Source of the DNA: a virus
Taxonomy: Duplodnaviria > Caudoviricetes
DNA: 38,729 bases
Strand: one strand, 5' to 3'
IMG/VR virus record: IMGVR_UViG_3300005837_000042
Location: 1 to 38,729 of that record
The notes below the pieces were generated by a model, which was not told the DNA's origin, made no database searches, and saw only the letters and a program-made list of their open reading frames with translations. Numbering within the stretch: position 1 is the first letter of the stretch; each line of letters begins with the position of its first letter. Below are positions 8,442-17,315 of the stretch, piece after piece. A program made the position numbers and the translations under genes.

Positions 8442-8460
8442 CCACTTTGGTAACAGTTAC
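8439..8460. promoter_or_regulatory. Motif B copy (TAACCACTTTGGTAACAGTTAC) upstream of DNA polymerase
   Basis: Near-identical to 5015-5033. Confidence 0.65.
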
Positions 8461-8478
8461 TCCAGTGAGAGGACGAAT

Positions 8479-10251
8479 ATGAGACTACTGTTTGACATTG
8501 AAACAGACGGTTTATTGGATACCGTAACAAAAATCCACTGCGTTGTAGCCCGTGATATCGACACTGATGAAGAGTATGTTTGGGTAGGTAACAAGGTTAA
8601 AGACTGTTGGAACTTTCTCAATAAAGCAGACGTATTAATTGGTCACAATATTATGGGCTTTGATATCCCTGTTCTCGAAAAGATATTTCGTAGGCGGTTA
8701 ACTCAGTTAACTCTCAGAGATACCTTGGTTATGACCAGAACTATCTGGCCTGACCGTAGAGACAAGGACTTCAAACTATTCCGTAGCGGTAAGCTACCAC
8801 CAAAGATGATTGGCTCACATAGCTTGAAAGCTTGGGGTCATCGTATTGGTGAATATAAGGGTGAGTTTGGTGAAACTACTGATTGGGCGGAGTTTAGCGA
8901 TGAGATGCTTCAGTACTGCCGTCAGGATGTCAAAGTAAACGTCAAGCTATTCAAGAGGATTGAGGCACTGAACTACAGTGAGGATGCCATTCAGCTTGAG
9001 CATGACATACACCGAATACTACTCACACAGGAATGGGACGGTTTCCCGTTTGATGAGCAAAAGGCACAGGAACTATTCATCGTTCTTAATGAGCGTAGAC
9101 TAGCGATTGAGAGCCAACTGACAGAGCAACAGCCCCCTTGGATACAGGAGACTGAGTTTATACCAAAGGTCAATAACAAGACCCGTGGTTATGTCAAAGG
9201 TGTGCCGTTTATCAAAAAGAAAGAGATACCTTTTAATCCAAACAGCCGTGAGCATATTGCAAGAATGCTTCAAGAAAATCACGGTTGGATACCAGAGGTA
9301 TACACCGAAACGGGATTACCAAAAGTGGACGATAAAGTCCTTAGTGGCTTGGATTACCCCGAAGCTGTTTTGCTATCTGAGTACCTTATGGTGCAGAAGC
9401 GGATATCACAGCTTGCAGAGGGTGAACAGGCTTGGATGAAACTAAGTAAGGATGGAGTAATACATGGTCGTGTCAACCATATGGGAGCGGTTACAAGCCG
9501 CTGTACACACCAAAATCCCAACTGCGCTCAAATCCCTTCGGTCACCGCTCCTTATGGTGAAGAATGTCGTAGTCTATTCTACGCTCCTGACGGCTGGGCT
9601 GTTATGGGTTGCGATGTGTCTGGTCTTGAACTTCGTATGCTTGGGCATTTTGTTGCTAAGTTCGATGATGGCGAATACGCTGACATCGTTATCAATGGAG
9701 ATATCCATACAGCCAATCAACAAGCCGCTGGGCTTCCCTCGCGTAATATGGCTAAGACCTTTATCTATGGCTGGCTTTATGGAGCGGGTTCAGACAAAAT
9801 CGGTAAGATTGTTGGAAAAGGCCGTAAAGAAGGTGAGGCTCTCAAGCGAGAGTTTCTGAAGAACTTCCCAGCTATTAATAACCTGAGAACTGCTGTCACC
9901 AAGGCGGCTAAACGTGGATACCTGATTGCTCTAGACAAGAGACAGATTCCTGTACGCCACGAACACGCATCACTTAACAGTCTACTGCAAGGAAGCGGAG
10001 CGATTATCTGCAAACGCTGGGTTGTTGAGTTCAACAAGTTACTAAAAGAAAAAGGCTACGTCAGAAACGAGGACTACCGTCAGGTGGCCTTTGTCCATGA
10101 CGAAGTACAGATTCTTGTAAAACAAGAACTAGGAGATACTATTGGACAGCTATGTGTCGAAGCAATCAGACGAGCGGGAGAGTATTACAAACTCAGAGTC
10201 CCCCTCACAGGCGAGTACAAACTCGGAAGAAACTGGGCTGAAACCCACTAA
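8479..10251 (+). CDS. DNA polymerase family A (T7 gp5-like) with 3'-5' exonuclease
   Basis: FDIETDG, GHNIMGFD, YCRQDV, DVSGLELR, AKTFIYG, HDE, WAETH. Confidence 0.98.
   Translation: MRLLFDIETDGLLDTVTKIHCVVARDIDTDEEYVWVGNKVKDCWNFLNKADVLIGHNIMGFDIPVLEKIFRRRLTQLTLRDTLVMTRTIWPDRRDKDFKLFRSGKLPPKMIGSHSLKAWGHRIGEYKGEFGETTDWAEFSDEMLQYCRQDVKVNVKLFKRIEALNYSEDAIQLEHDIHRILLTQEWDGFPFDEQKAQELFIVLNERRLAIESQLTEQQPPWIQETEFIPKVNNKTRGYVKGVPFIKKKEIPFNPNSREHIARMLQENHGWIPEVYTETGLPKVDDKVLSGLDYPEAVLLSEYLMVQKRISQLAEGEQAWMKLSKDGVIHGRVNHMGAVTSRCTHQNPNCAQIPSVTAPYGEECRSLFYAPDGWAVMGCDVSGLELRMLGHFVAKFDDGEYADIVINGDIHTANQQAAGLPSRNMAKTFIYGWLYGAGSDKIGKIVGKGRKEGEALKREFLKNFPAINNLRTAVTKAAKRGYLIALDKRQIPVRHEHASLNSLLQGSGAIICKRWVVEFNKLLKEKGYVRNEDYRQVAFVHDEVQILVKQELGDTIGQLCVEAIRRAGEYYKLRVPLTGEYKLGRNWAETH
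8696..8713. promoter_or_regulatory. Motif A copy 4 (GGTTAACTCAGTTAACTC) inside DNA polymerase
   Basis: Reverse orientation; encodes RLTQLT. Confidence 0.7.
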
Positions 10252-10648
10252 GGCAAACCGTAAGAAGTTTGACCTCGACTTGGCTTACGGGCAACTACAC
10301 GAGGATGAGTTTCTGAACATCCTTAAAAACAAAAAAGTAGAGGTAAAGACAGAACGAGATATGTGGTCAAAGACAGGCAACATAGCGATTGAGTTTCAAT
10401 CCTATGGTAAGCCTAGTGGCATCAACGCTACTGAGTCAGACTATTGGGTTCAGAACCTAGCCATAGGTGATGATGTTTATTGCCGACTTCTCTTCTCTGT
10501 TGAGAACCTCAAGAAAATTGTGAACAACCTAGACTTTCATAAGGTGGTTAACGGTGGTGATAACTACGCTTCCCGTATGTACCTACTGAACCTGTCTAAG
10601 CTGTTCTCCACCGATACACTAAAGCTGTATCGTAACTTATCCACTTAG
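10142..10648 (+). CDS. Putative PD-(D/E)XK-fold nuclease; start uncertain, overlaps polymerase 3' end
   Basis: FDLDLAYG...VEVKTE...TGNIAIE...DYW; TTG 10142 follows AGGAG. Confidence 0.65.
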   Translation: MDSYVSKQSDERESITNSESPSQASTNSEETGLKPTKANRKKFDLDLAYGQLHEDEFLNILKNKKVEVKTERDMWSKTGNIAIEFQSYGKPSGINATESDYWVQNLAIGDDVYCRLLFSVENLKKIVNNLDFHKVVNGGDNYASRMYLLNLSKLFSTDTLKLYRNLST

Positions 10649-10662
10649 GCACGAGGTACAGC

Positions 10663-11379
10663 ATGACAACACTTTTAGTCGATGGTGATATTGTGGCTTA
10701 TCAGGCCGCAACCGCCAAAGAACACTCAGTAGATTGGGGTAACGGTCTATGGACGCTCCACTCTTTTGCTGATGAAGTATACGACTATGCGGCTTCCATG
10801 ATTGACCGCTTAGTAACTGAGGCTGGATGCTCAAAGGCTCTCGTTCTTCTTACTGATGGAACTGTGTTCCGTAAGGAGATTGACCCAGAGTACAAGGCAA
10901 ACCGCATTGGTAAGCGGAAGCCTGTCTGCCTACCCCAAGTTCGCAAGATGATGGTCGATAGTATGAAGACCAAGACTACTGATGGTCTGGAAGCTGATGA
11001 CCTTATAGGTATCTTTGCAACCAAATCACCAGATGAATACATCGTCTGGTCACCAGATAAAGACTTGAGACAGATAGCTGGCTCTCACCTCATAGATGGC
11101 GAAGTTATAACCATCACACAGGAACAGGCAGAGCGTAGTTTCTGGATGCAAGTACTCACTGGTGATACCGCTGACAACTACAAAGGCTGTATCGGCATTG
11201 GCCCTGTCAAAGCAGAGAAGATTCTAGATGCTGATGATGGGCTGACTACTTGGCAGAAGGTTGTGAAAGCCTACGAAAAGGCTGGTCAGACAGAAGAGGA
11301 TGCCATCGTGACAGCGCGGCTGGCTCATATCCTGACTTATCAAACCAAAGACATTGTATGGAGTCCACCGAATGACTGA
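10663..11379 (+). CDS. 5'-3' exonuclease (T7 gp6-like)
   Basis: LVDGD, YKANR, LEADD, DKDLRQI, GDTADNYKG, GIGPVKA. Confidence 0.95.
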   Translation: MTTLLVDGDIVAYQAATAKEHSVDWGNGLWTLHSFADEVYDYAASMIDRLVTEAGCSKALVLLTDGTVFRKEIDPEYKANRIGKRKPVCLPQVRKMMVDSMKTKTTDGLEADDLIGIFATKSPDEYIVWSPDKDLRQIAGSHLIDGEVITITQEQAERSFWMQVLTGDTADNYKGCIGIGPVKAEKILDADDGLTTWQKVVKAYEKAGQTEEDAIVTARLAHILTYQTKDIVWSPPND

Positions 11380-11629
11380 TTACGGACGGATAATGCGCGA
11401 GATAGAAGCGGAGAAGATGGAAGATGTGGTCAACAACCCGAAACACTACAACCAAACAGGTGTGGAGTGCATTGACGCAATCAAGGCGCAGACAGGCGAT
11501 GGGTACGAATACTACCTACAAGGAAATATCGCAAAGTACCTCTGGAGATACAGATACAAAAACGGTGTCGAAGACCTCAAAAAAGCACAGTGGTACTTAA
11601 ACAAACTCATAGAGGTGAAGAATGGTTGA
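11372..11629 (+). CDS. DUF3310 / T7 gp1.7-like nucleotide kinase domain protein
   Basis: VNNPKHY...ECIDAI...GNIAKYLWRY..KNGVEDLKKAQWYL. Confidence 0.85.
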   Translation: MTDYGRIMREIEAEKMEDVVNNPKHYNQTGVECIDAIKAQTGDGYEYYLQGNIAKYLWRYRYKNGVEDLKKAQWYLNKLIEVKNG

Positions 11630-11939
11630 CTTCAATACATACCAAAAACAGGCACACCAAACAGCGGTCTATCCCCCAGACATGGGGATGGCCTACTGCA
11701 TCACTGGCCTCTGCGCTGAGACAGGAGAGGTCGCTGACAAGGTGGCTAAGTTCTACCGTGGTGACGGTGAGTTAAACGAGGAAGGACTAAAGAAAGAACT
11801 AGGTGATGTTCTGTGGTTCATAGCTGAACTGTCTACGCACCTTGGTTTTACCCTTCAAGATGTAGCGGAATTAAACCTACAGAAATTAGCAGATAGACAA
11901 CAACGTAATGCCCTAAAGGGCGAAGGGGATAACCGATAG
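11622..11939 (+). CDS. mazG: MazG-like nucleotide pyrophosphohydrolase
   Basis: GLCAETGEV...KELGDVLWF...NLQKL. Confidence 0.88.
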   Translation: MVDFNTYQKQAHQTAVYPPDMGMAYCITGLCAETGEVADKVAKFYRGDGELNEEGLKKELGDVLWFIAELSTHLGFTLQDVAELNLQKLADRQQRNALKGEGDNR

Positions 11940-13808
11940 ATGGATTCATATCAACAGTATATAGCAATATCAAAATACGCCAGATTCATAGAAGAAGAAG
12001 GCCGCAGAGAAACGTGGGATGAAAGCGTAGACCGCTACATTAACTACTTCTCTGAGAAGTTTCCTGTGGCGGCTGGGGAACTAAATAAAGCCGCTAAGAT
12101 GATTAAAGACCTTGGTGTAGTACCCTCAATGAGGGCTATTATGACTGCTGGCCCTGCTTTGGATAGAGACAATATTGCAGGATACAATTGCTCGTATCTT
12201 GCTATTGATGACCCCAAAGCTTTTGATGAAGCCCTTTATGTACTCATGTGTGGTACGGGGGTTGGCTACTCTGTTGAGAGAAAGTTTGTCGAGAAGTTAC
12301 CAGATGTTCCAGAACTGCACGACACTGATGAGGTATTCAAAGTAGAAGACAGCAAGATTGGTTGGGCAAAGGGTATGAGAAAGCTTGTATCCCGTCTGTA
12401 TGCTGGCGAGATTCCTCAGTGGGACTTGTCAGGCATCCGCCCTGCTGGTGCAAGGCTCAAAGTGTTTGGTGGTAGGGCATCTGGCCCTGACCCGCTGGAG
12501 AACCTATTCAGGTTTACAGTAGGTGTATTCAAGAAAGCCGCAGGGCGTAAGCTAACAAGCCTTGAAGCCCACGATATTATGTGTGCGGTAGCGGCGGCAG
12601 TGGTAGTTGGTGGTGTACGCCGCTCTGCCATGATTAGTCTGTCGGACTTGGCAGATGATAGGATGCGGCACTGTAAGTCTGGTCAGTGGTGGGATGAGAA
12701 TGTAAATCGCTCTTATGCTAACAACAGCGTTTCCTACACCCGCAAGCCAGACATGGGTGCTTTCCTACGAGAGTGGACATCACTGTATGAGTCCAAGTCA
12801 GGAGAGCGCGGCATCTTTAACCGTGATGCGGCTAGAGAGCAAGCCAAGAAGAGTGGTAGGCGTGACCCAGAGCATGACTTCGGAACTAACCCGTGTGGTG
12901 AGATTTTGTTGCGTAGTATGCAATGCTGTAATCTCTCAGAGATAATTGTACGGCCTGAAGACGCTGTAGAACAACTCAAGGAGAAAGCAAGGGTAGCCGC
13001 CCTACTCGGTACGTTACAGTCTGCCCTAACAGACATCAGATACCTTCGCCCATCGTGGAAGAAGAACATGGAAGAAGAGCGGTTACTTGGTGTGTCGTTT
13101 ACAGGCATACTAGACAACTGGTTGCTTACTTCAGAGAACGAAGACCTACCAGATATGCTGGAAGACCTGAAGAAGACTGTGGTTGATACAAATAAGAAGT
13201 GGGCAGAGAAGCTGGGCATCCCTCAGTCAACTGCTACAACCTGTGTAAAGCCTAGCGGTACAGTGAGCCAGTTGGCATCTGTGGCCTCTGGTATTCATCC
13301 AAGATACGCCAAGCATTACATCCGCCGTGTTCGTGCAGACGTTAAAGACCCTCTGGCTACATGGATGATGGAGAGACAGATACCTAGTGAGGTGGATACA
13401 TACAATCCTCTTAACCATGTATTTTCGTTCCCTATTAAGTCACCAGATGACGCTATAACAAGAAACGATATGTCTGCGCTTGAACAGTTACACTTATGGA
13501 TGACTTACCGTAATCACTGGTGCGAACACAATCCAAGCATAACAGTCTACGTTTCAGAAGAGGAGTGGTTTGATGTCGGGGCTTATGTTTACGAAAACTT
13601 TGGAATGGTCGGCGGAGTGTCATTCCTACCAAGGGAAGACGGGTCACATTCCTATGTGCAAGCCCCGTATGAAGAGATTACGGCCTTGCAGTATGAAGAA
13701 ATGGCTAGTAGAATGCCAAATGTTACTTTCTCAGATTACCGTGAGACTGATGACATGACAGTTGCTTCACAGGAACTGGCGTGTACTTCTGGTGCTTGCG
13801 AACTCTGA
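11940..13808 (+). CDS. nrdJ: Class II (adenosylcobalamin-dependent) monomeric ribonucleotide reductase
   Basis: YNC, GGVRRSA, TNPCGEI, CNLSE, KPSGTVSQL, C-terminal CTSGAC; no beta subunit nearby. Confidence 0.93.
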   Translation: MDSYQQYIAISKYARFIEEEGRRETWDESVDRYINYFSEKFPVAAGELNKAAKMIKDLGVVPSMRAIMTAGPALDRDNIAGYNCSYLAIDDPKAFDEALYVLMCGTGVGYSVERKFVEKLPDVPELHDTDEVFKVEDSKIGWAKGMRKLVSRLYAGEIPQWDLSGIRPAGARLKVFGGRASGPDPLENLFRFTVGVFKKAAGRKLTSLEAHDIMCAVAAAVVVGGVRRSAMISLSDLADDRMRHCKSGQWWDENVNRSYANNSVSYTRKPDMGAFLREWTSLYESKSGERGIFNRDAAREQAKKSGRRDPEHDFGTNPCGEILLRSMQCCNLSEIIVRPEDAVEQLKEKARVAALLGTLQSALTDIRYLRPSWKKNMEEERLLGVSFTGILDNWLLTSENEDLPDMLEDLKKTVVDTNKKWAEKLGIPQSTATTCVKPSGTVSQLASVASGIHPRYAKHYIRRVRADVKDPLATWMMERQIPSEVDTYNPLNHVFSFPIKSPDDAITRNDMSALEQLHLWMTYRNHWCEHNPSITVYVSEEEWFDVGAYVYENFGMVGGVSFLPREDGSHSYVQAPYEEITALQYEEMASRMPNVTFSDYRETDDMTVASQELACTSGACEL

Positions 13809-13810
13809 GC

Positions 13811-13828
13811 GAGTTAACTGAGTTAACT
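13811..13828. promoter_or_regulatory. Motif A copy 5 (GAGTTAACTGAGTTAACT, perfect)
   Basis: Intergenic, between the RNR stop and the terminator/late promoter. Confidence 0.75.
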
Positions 13829-13829
13829 G

Positions 13830-13856
13830 GGGCTACCTTCGGGTAGCCCTTTTTTT
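13830..13856 (+). terminator. Intrinsic terminator ending the replication module
   Basis: GGGCTACC-TTCG-GGTAGCCC followed by T7 tract. Confidence 0.92.
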
Positions 13857-13873
13857 ATTTCTGGACATTATCG
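13857..13873 (+). promoter_or_regulatory. Phage RNAP promoter P3, late (ATTTCTGGACATTATCG)
   Basis: Consensus variant right after the terminator, heading the structural module. Confidence 0.75.
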
Positions 13874-13884
13874 GGTTTATATCA

Positions 13885-14070
13885 ATGAAATTATTATCAG
13901 ATACACCACTGGTTACCAACGAAGTCCTTGAGTACCTAATACGTCAGTTTCCCGACAGCTTACCAAAAGGGCAAGCGTGTACGGTTGAGCAGTTACGTTA
14001 TCTTCAAGGACAGCAGAGCGTTATCGAAAAGATGCGCCAACTTAATAAAAATGAAGAGGACGATTACTAA
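13885..14070 (+). CDS. Small conserved protein (T7 gp6.5 position)
   Basis: LEYLIRQFPD...YLQGQQSVIE pattern typical of the pre-portal gene. Confidence 0.7.
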   Translation: MKLLSDTPLVTNEVLEYLIRQFPDSLPKGQACTVEQLRYLQGQQSVIEKMRQLNKNEEDDY

Positions 14071-14312
14071 TGTGTATAGGCGGAAGTACCCCCAAAGCAC
14101 CACCACCCCCAGCCCCACCGCCAGCAATGGCCCCCGCAAAGCCTAGCGTGGTTGACTTCAATGCTGTTGATACAGACGCGGCGAAGATGAAGAAGAAAGC
14201 GGCTGGTAAAAAGAAATTTAGGAATAAGCCAAACCAAAACACCCTTGGAACTTTTACAGGTGCAAGTGGGACAGGTTTGTCAATCCCATCTAAATCTGGG
14301 GGTAAAGTATAA
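14070..14312 (+). CDS. Small basic virion protein (gp6.7/7.3-like) 1
   Basis: MCIGG start, Pro-rich, basic patch, GLSIP C-terminal motif. Confidence 0.7.
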   Translation: MCIGGSTPKAPPPPAPPPAMAPAKPSVVDFNAVDTDAAKMKKKAAGKKKFRNKPNQNTLGTFTGASGTGLSIPSKSGGKV

Positions 14313-14557
14313 TGTGTGGCGGCGGAAGAAAAAAGTCAGCCCCAGCTAAAAAGGCGGCGGCTGTAGCATCCGCATCAACCCCTGTAGCGGCTTCGGCAAA
14401 AGAAGCCCCTGAACAAGAGGGCGGCGCGGCTGTAAACTCAACTCAGCGTAGACGGCAACGTATGGGCAAACGCGGATTCCGTGTGGGCTTAGATGTAAAT
14501 GTCGCAAACGTAGGCGGTGACGGCAAGACAGGCTTAAACATCCCAGAAAGTTCATAG
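14312..14557 (+). CDS. Small basic virion protein (gp6.7/7.3-like) 2
   Basis: MCGGG start, RRRQRMGKRGFRV, GLNIP motif; TAATG coupling. Confidence 0.7.
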   Translation: MCGGGRKKSAPAKKAAAVASASTPVAASAKEAPEQEGGAAVNSTQRRRQRMGKRGFRVGLDVNVANVGGDGKTGLNIPESS

Positions 14558-14565
14558 GTGATGTT

Positions 14566-14925
14566 ATGGAAAGCAATAGAAACTTTGCCGATGCGCTAAA
14601 GGCGGCATTCGGTAGTCGCTTTAGTTTTGGCGTTAGTACTAATGACTTTAAGTCTGTACAGGCTGGCGCAGGGCAAAATGCCATGCCTATGTCTGAGATG
14701 GAAAAGAAACAAAAAGAAAAGCAAAAACTAGAGGGCAAAAAGAAGCGTAAGAAAGCCCTTGGTCAGGCCGATGCAAAAGACCCTGTGATGCCAAAGCTAG
14801 ATAATAAGACGCCCAGCGCAAATCTTGGCACACTAAAGATTGGCATAAATCTAAATAACAACTCCAAACCAAAGTCAGATAGTAAGCAATCGTCTACTGC
14901 TGGCGGTTTGAATGTATATCGTTAA
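14566..14925 (+). CDS. Small basic virion protein (gp6.7/7.3-like) 3
   Basis: Basic patch, GTLKIGI, GGLNV C-terminal motif; RBS AGGTGA. Confidence 0.6.
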   Translation: MESNRNFADALKAAFGSRFSFGVSTNDFKSVQAGAGQNAMPMSEMEKKQKEKQKLEGKKKRKKALGQADAKDPVMPKLDNKTPSANLGTLKIGINLNNNSKPKSDSKQSSTAGGLNVYR

Positions 14926-14937
14926 CGAGGATATCCG

Positions 14938-16539
14938 ATGCAAAACCTTCAAATAAAGTCAGTTGCTGGACGGTATTCTACCTTAGAATCTCATCGACAT
15001 TCTTTTCTGCAAAGGGCAAGGGACGCATCAGAACTCACTATTCCAACCTTAGTACCACCAGAGGGACACTCATCCTCTACACTGTATAAGAACCCTTATC
15101 AGTCAGTTGGTGCGCGGGGTGTAAACAACCTAGCAAGTAAATTGCTTATGACGTTGCTACCACCGAATAGTCCATTCTTTCGTTTAACCATAGATGACTT
15201 CGATATCGAAGCTATCGCTGGTAAGGACGCAAGAGGTGCAGTCGAAGAGGCACTAGCTAGAATAGAACGTGCATCTCAGAATGAGATTGAGACATCAGCA
15301 GTTCGTGTGCCAGTACATGAGGCACTAAAGCAACTAATCGTTGCTGGTAACGCTCTGGTGTACCTACCTAAAAAGGGTGGAATGAAAGTATTTCGTCTTG
15401 ACCGTTATGTGGTCAAGCGGGACACAATGGGTAATGTCCTTGAGATAATTACCAAAGAGTCCGTATCTCCCATGATGTTGCCCTTAGAGGCACAGGAGAT
15501 GTTAGCTACGGCTCAAGATTACAACCAGAACGACACACATAATAAGTCGTTAGATTTGTACACCTACATCTGCCGCAAGGATAAGAATTGGGAAGTTTAC
15601 CAAGAAGTCAAAGGTATGACTATTCCAAAAAGTGGGGGTACATACCCATTAGACAAAAATCCATTTATACCATTGCGCTTCACTCGTATTGACGGTGAGG
15701 ACTATGGGCGTGGTTATGTAGAAGAGTACATTGGTGACCTACGCAGTCTAGAGGCTCTTACAAGGGCTATCGTAGAGGGCGCGGCGGCATCATCTAAGGT
15801 ACTATTCTTGGTACGTCCAAATGGTACTACTAAACAAAGTACGTTGGCTCGTGCGCCAAACGGTGCAATCGTCCAAGGCGATGCGGCTGACGTAACTACC
15901 CTACAAGTACAAAAGTATAACGACTTCAGGGTAGCCCAAGAGACAGGCGCAAGAATTACTGAACGCTTGTCATACGCCTTTCTGCTTAACAGTGCGGTAC
16001 AGCGGAACGCAGAGAGGGTCACAGCGGAAGAAGTGCGCTACATGGCGCAAGAGTTAGAGACAGCCTTGGGTGGTGTCTACTCAATCTTATCGCAAGAGTT
16101 CCAAGTACCGTTGGTTAAATTGTTGTTAGCCAAACTGGAAGCAAACGGCAAAATGCCGAAGATGCCGAAGGACTCCATTAAACCTCAGATTGTCACAGGT
16201 CTAGAGGCTTTGGGTCGAGGGCAAGACCTCAATAAACTCAGCCAGTTCCTTACTTATCTCCAACCGCTTGGGCCTCAGATTATTGCTGAGAACCTGAATG
16301 TTGAGGACTACATAGACCGACTAGGTGCATCCCTTGGGATTGACACTGGTGGACTTGTGAAGACCGCAGAAGATAAGGCGGCACAGGTACAGGCCATGAA
16401 GCAAGCGCAAGAGCAACAGATGCAACAGCAAACTATGTCAAAGATGGCAGAACGTGCCGCGCCACAGCTTGTGGAGTCTATGCAAGACATGGACATGGGC
16501 GAGTTACAACAAGCAATGCAATCACAACAACCACAATAA
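14938..16539 (+). CDS. Portal / head-tail connector (T7 gp8-like)
   Basis: YQSVGARGVNNLASKL, GEDYGRG, ERVTAEEVR, LGGVYS, EALGRGQD. Confidence 0.97.
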   Translation: MQNLQIKSVAGRYSTLESHRHSFLQRARDASELTIPTLVPPEGHSSSTLYKNPYQSVGARGVNNLASKLLMTLLPPNSPFFRLTIDDFDIEAIAGKDARGAVEEALARIERASQNEIETSAVRVPVHEALKQLIVAGNALVYLPKKGGMKVFRLDRYVVKRDTMGNVLEIITKESVSPMMLPLEAQEMLATAQDYNQNDTHNKSLDLYTYICRKDKNWEVYQEVKGMTIPKSGGTYPLDKNPFIPLRFTRIDGEDYGRGYVEEYIGDLRSLEALTRAIVEGAAASSKVLFLVRPNGTTKQSTLARAPNGAIVQGDAADVTTLQVQKYNDFRVAQETGARITERLSYAFLLNSAVQRNAERVTAEEVRYMAQELETALGGVYSILSQEFQVPLVKLLLAKLEANGKMPKMPKDSIKPQIVTGLEALGRGQDLNKLSQFLTYLQPLGPQIIAENLNVEDYIDRLGASLGIDTGGLVKTAEDKAAQVQAMKQAQEQQMQQQTMSKMAERAAPQLVESMQDMDMGELQQAMQSQQPQ

Positions 16540-16556
16540 AATAATGAGACAGCACT

Positions 16557-17315
16557 ATGGTTGATACACTAAATACACACCAAGAGGCCAAGCCAGAAGA
16601 CCCGCAATACGTTGAGGAGATGGTGGCAAAGGCTGAAGGGTTAAATAATGTTCAGGAAGAGCGTCCTAGTTGGCTACCTGACAAATTTCAATCTGCCGAA
16701 CAAATGGCAGAAGCATACACACAACTAGAAAACAGATTTCATTCAGGTGAAGAGTATGAATACGAAGACTCTGAAGTGGATGATATGGAAACAGGAGAGG
16801 TTTCCGAATACCTAGCTGAAAACGGGATTGACTTTGATGATATGTCTGAGTCCTTCTGGGAAGAAGGTGGTCTAGATGATGAGCATTATGATGCTCTTGA
16901 AGCAATAGGCATACCAGCAGAAATCGTTGACCAATTCATAGATGGTCAGTTGGCAATGGTAGACCAGACCCGCGCTACGGCTTTTGATGCTGTAGGCGGT
17001 GAGGATTATTACAATGAAATGACACAGTGGGCGGCGGCTAACTTGGATGAATCTGAGATATCCGCGTTCAATGGTCAAATAGACAGCGGCAACATGGATA
17101 CTGCCATGTTTGCTATTCAGGGTTTAGCGGCTCGTTATCGTTCTGAGACAGGAGTTGAGCCTAACCTTGTAGGTGGTGAAGCTTCGGACGTTTCTGTAGG
17201 GGCTTTCCAGAGTCTAGCTGAAATTACTTCGGCTATGTCTGACCCAAGATACGAGAAAGACCCTGCATACCGTGACCAAGTGGCTCGTAAGCTATCTCGG
17301 TCTTCGGTATTTTAA
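16557..17315 (+). CDS. Capsid assembly scaffolding protein (T7 gp9-like)
   Basis: Acidic; VGGEDYY..MTQWA, AMSDPRYEKDPAYR. Confidence 0.93.
   Translation: MVDTLNTHQEAKPEDPQYVEEMVAKAEGLNNVQEERPSWLPDKFQSAEQMAEAYTQLENRFHSGEEYEYEDSEVDDMETGEVSEYLAENGIDFDDMSESFWEEGGLDDEHYDALEAIGIPAEIVDQFIDGQLAMVDQTRATAFDAVGGEDYYNEMTQWAAANLDESEISAFNGQIDSGNMDTAMFAIQGLAARYRSETGVEPNLVGGEASDVSVGAFQSLAEITSAMSDPRYEKDPAYRDQVARKLSRSSVF

Noticed and set aside
11372-11939. MazG plus DUF3310 as a modified-base (dZ) pathway
   Set aside because: No purZ, datZ or other base-modification genes in the window
13811-13828. Motif A as a CtrA box or as CRISPR repeats
   Set aside because: CtrA consensus is TTAA-N7-TTAA whereas spacing here is N5; copies are kilobases apart with no spacer array or cas genes
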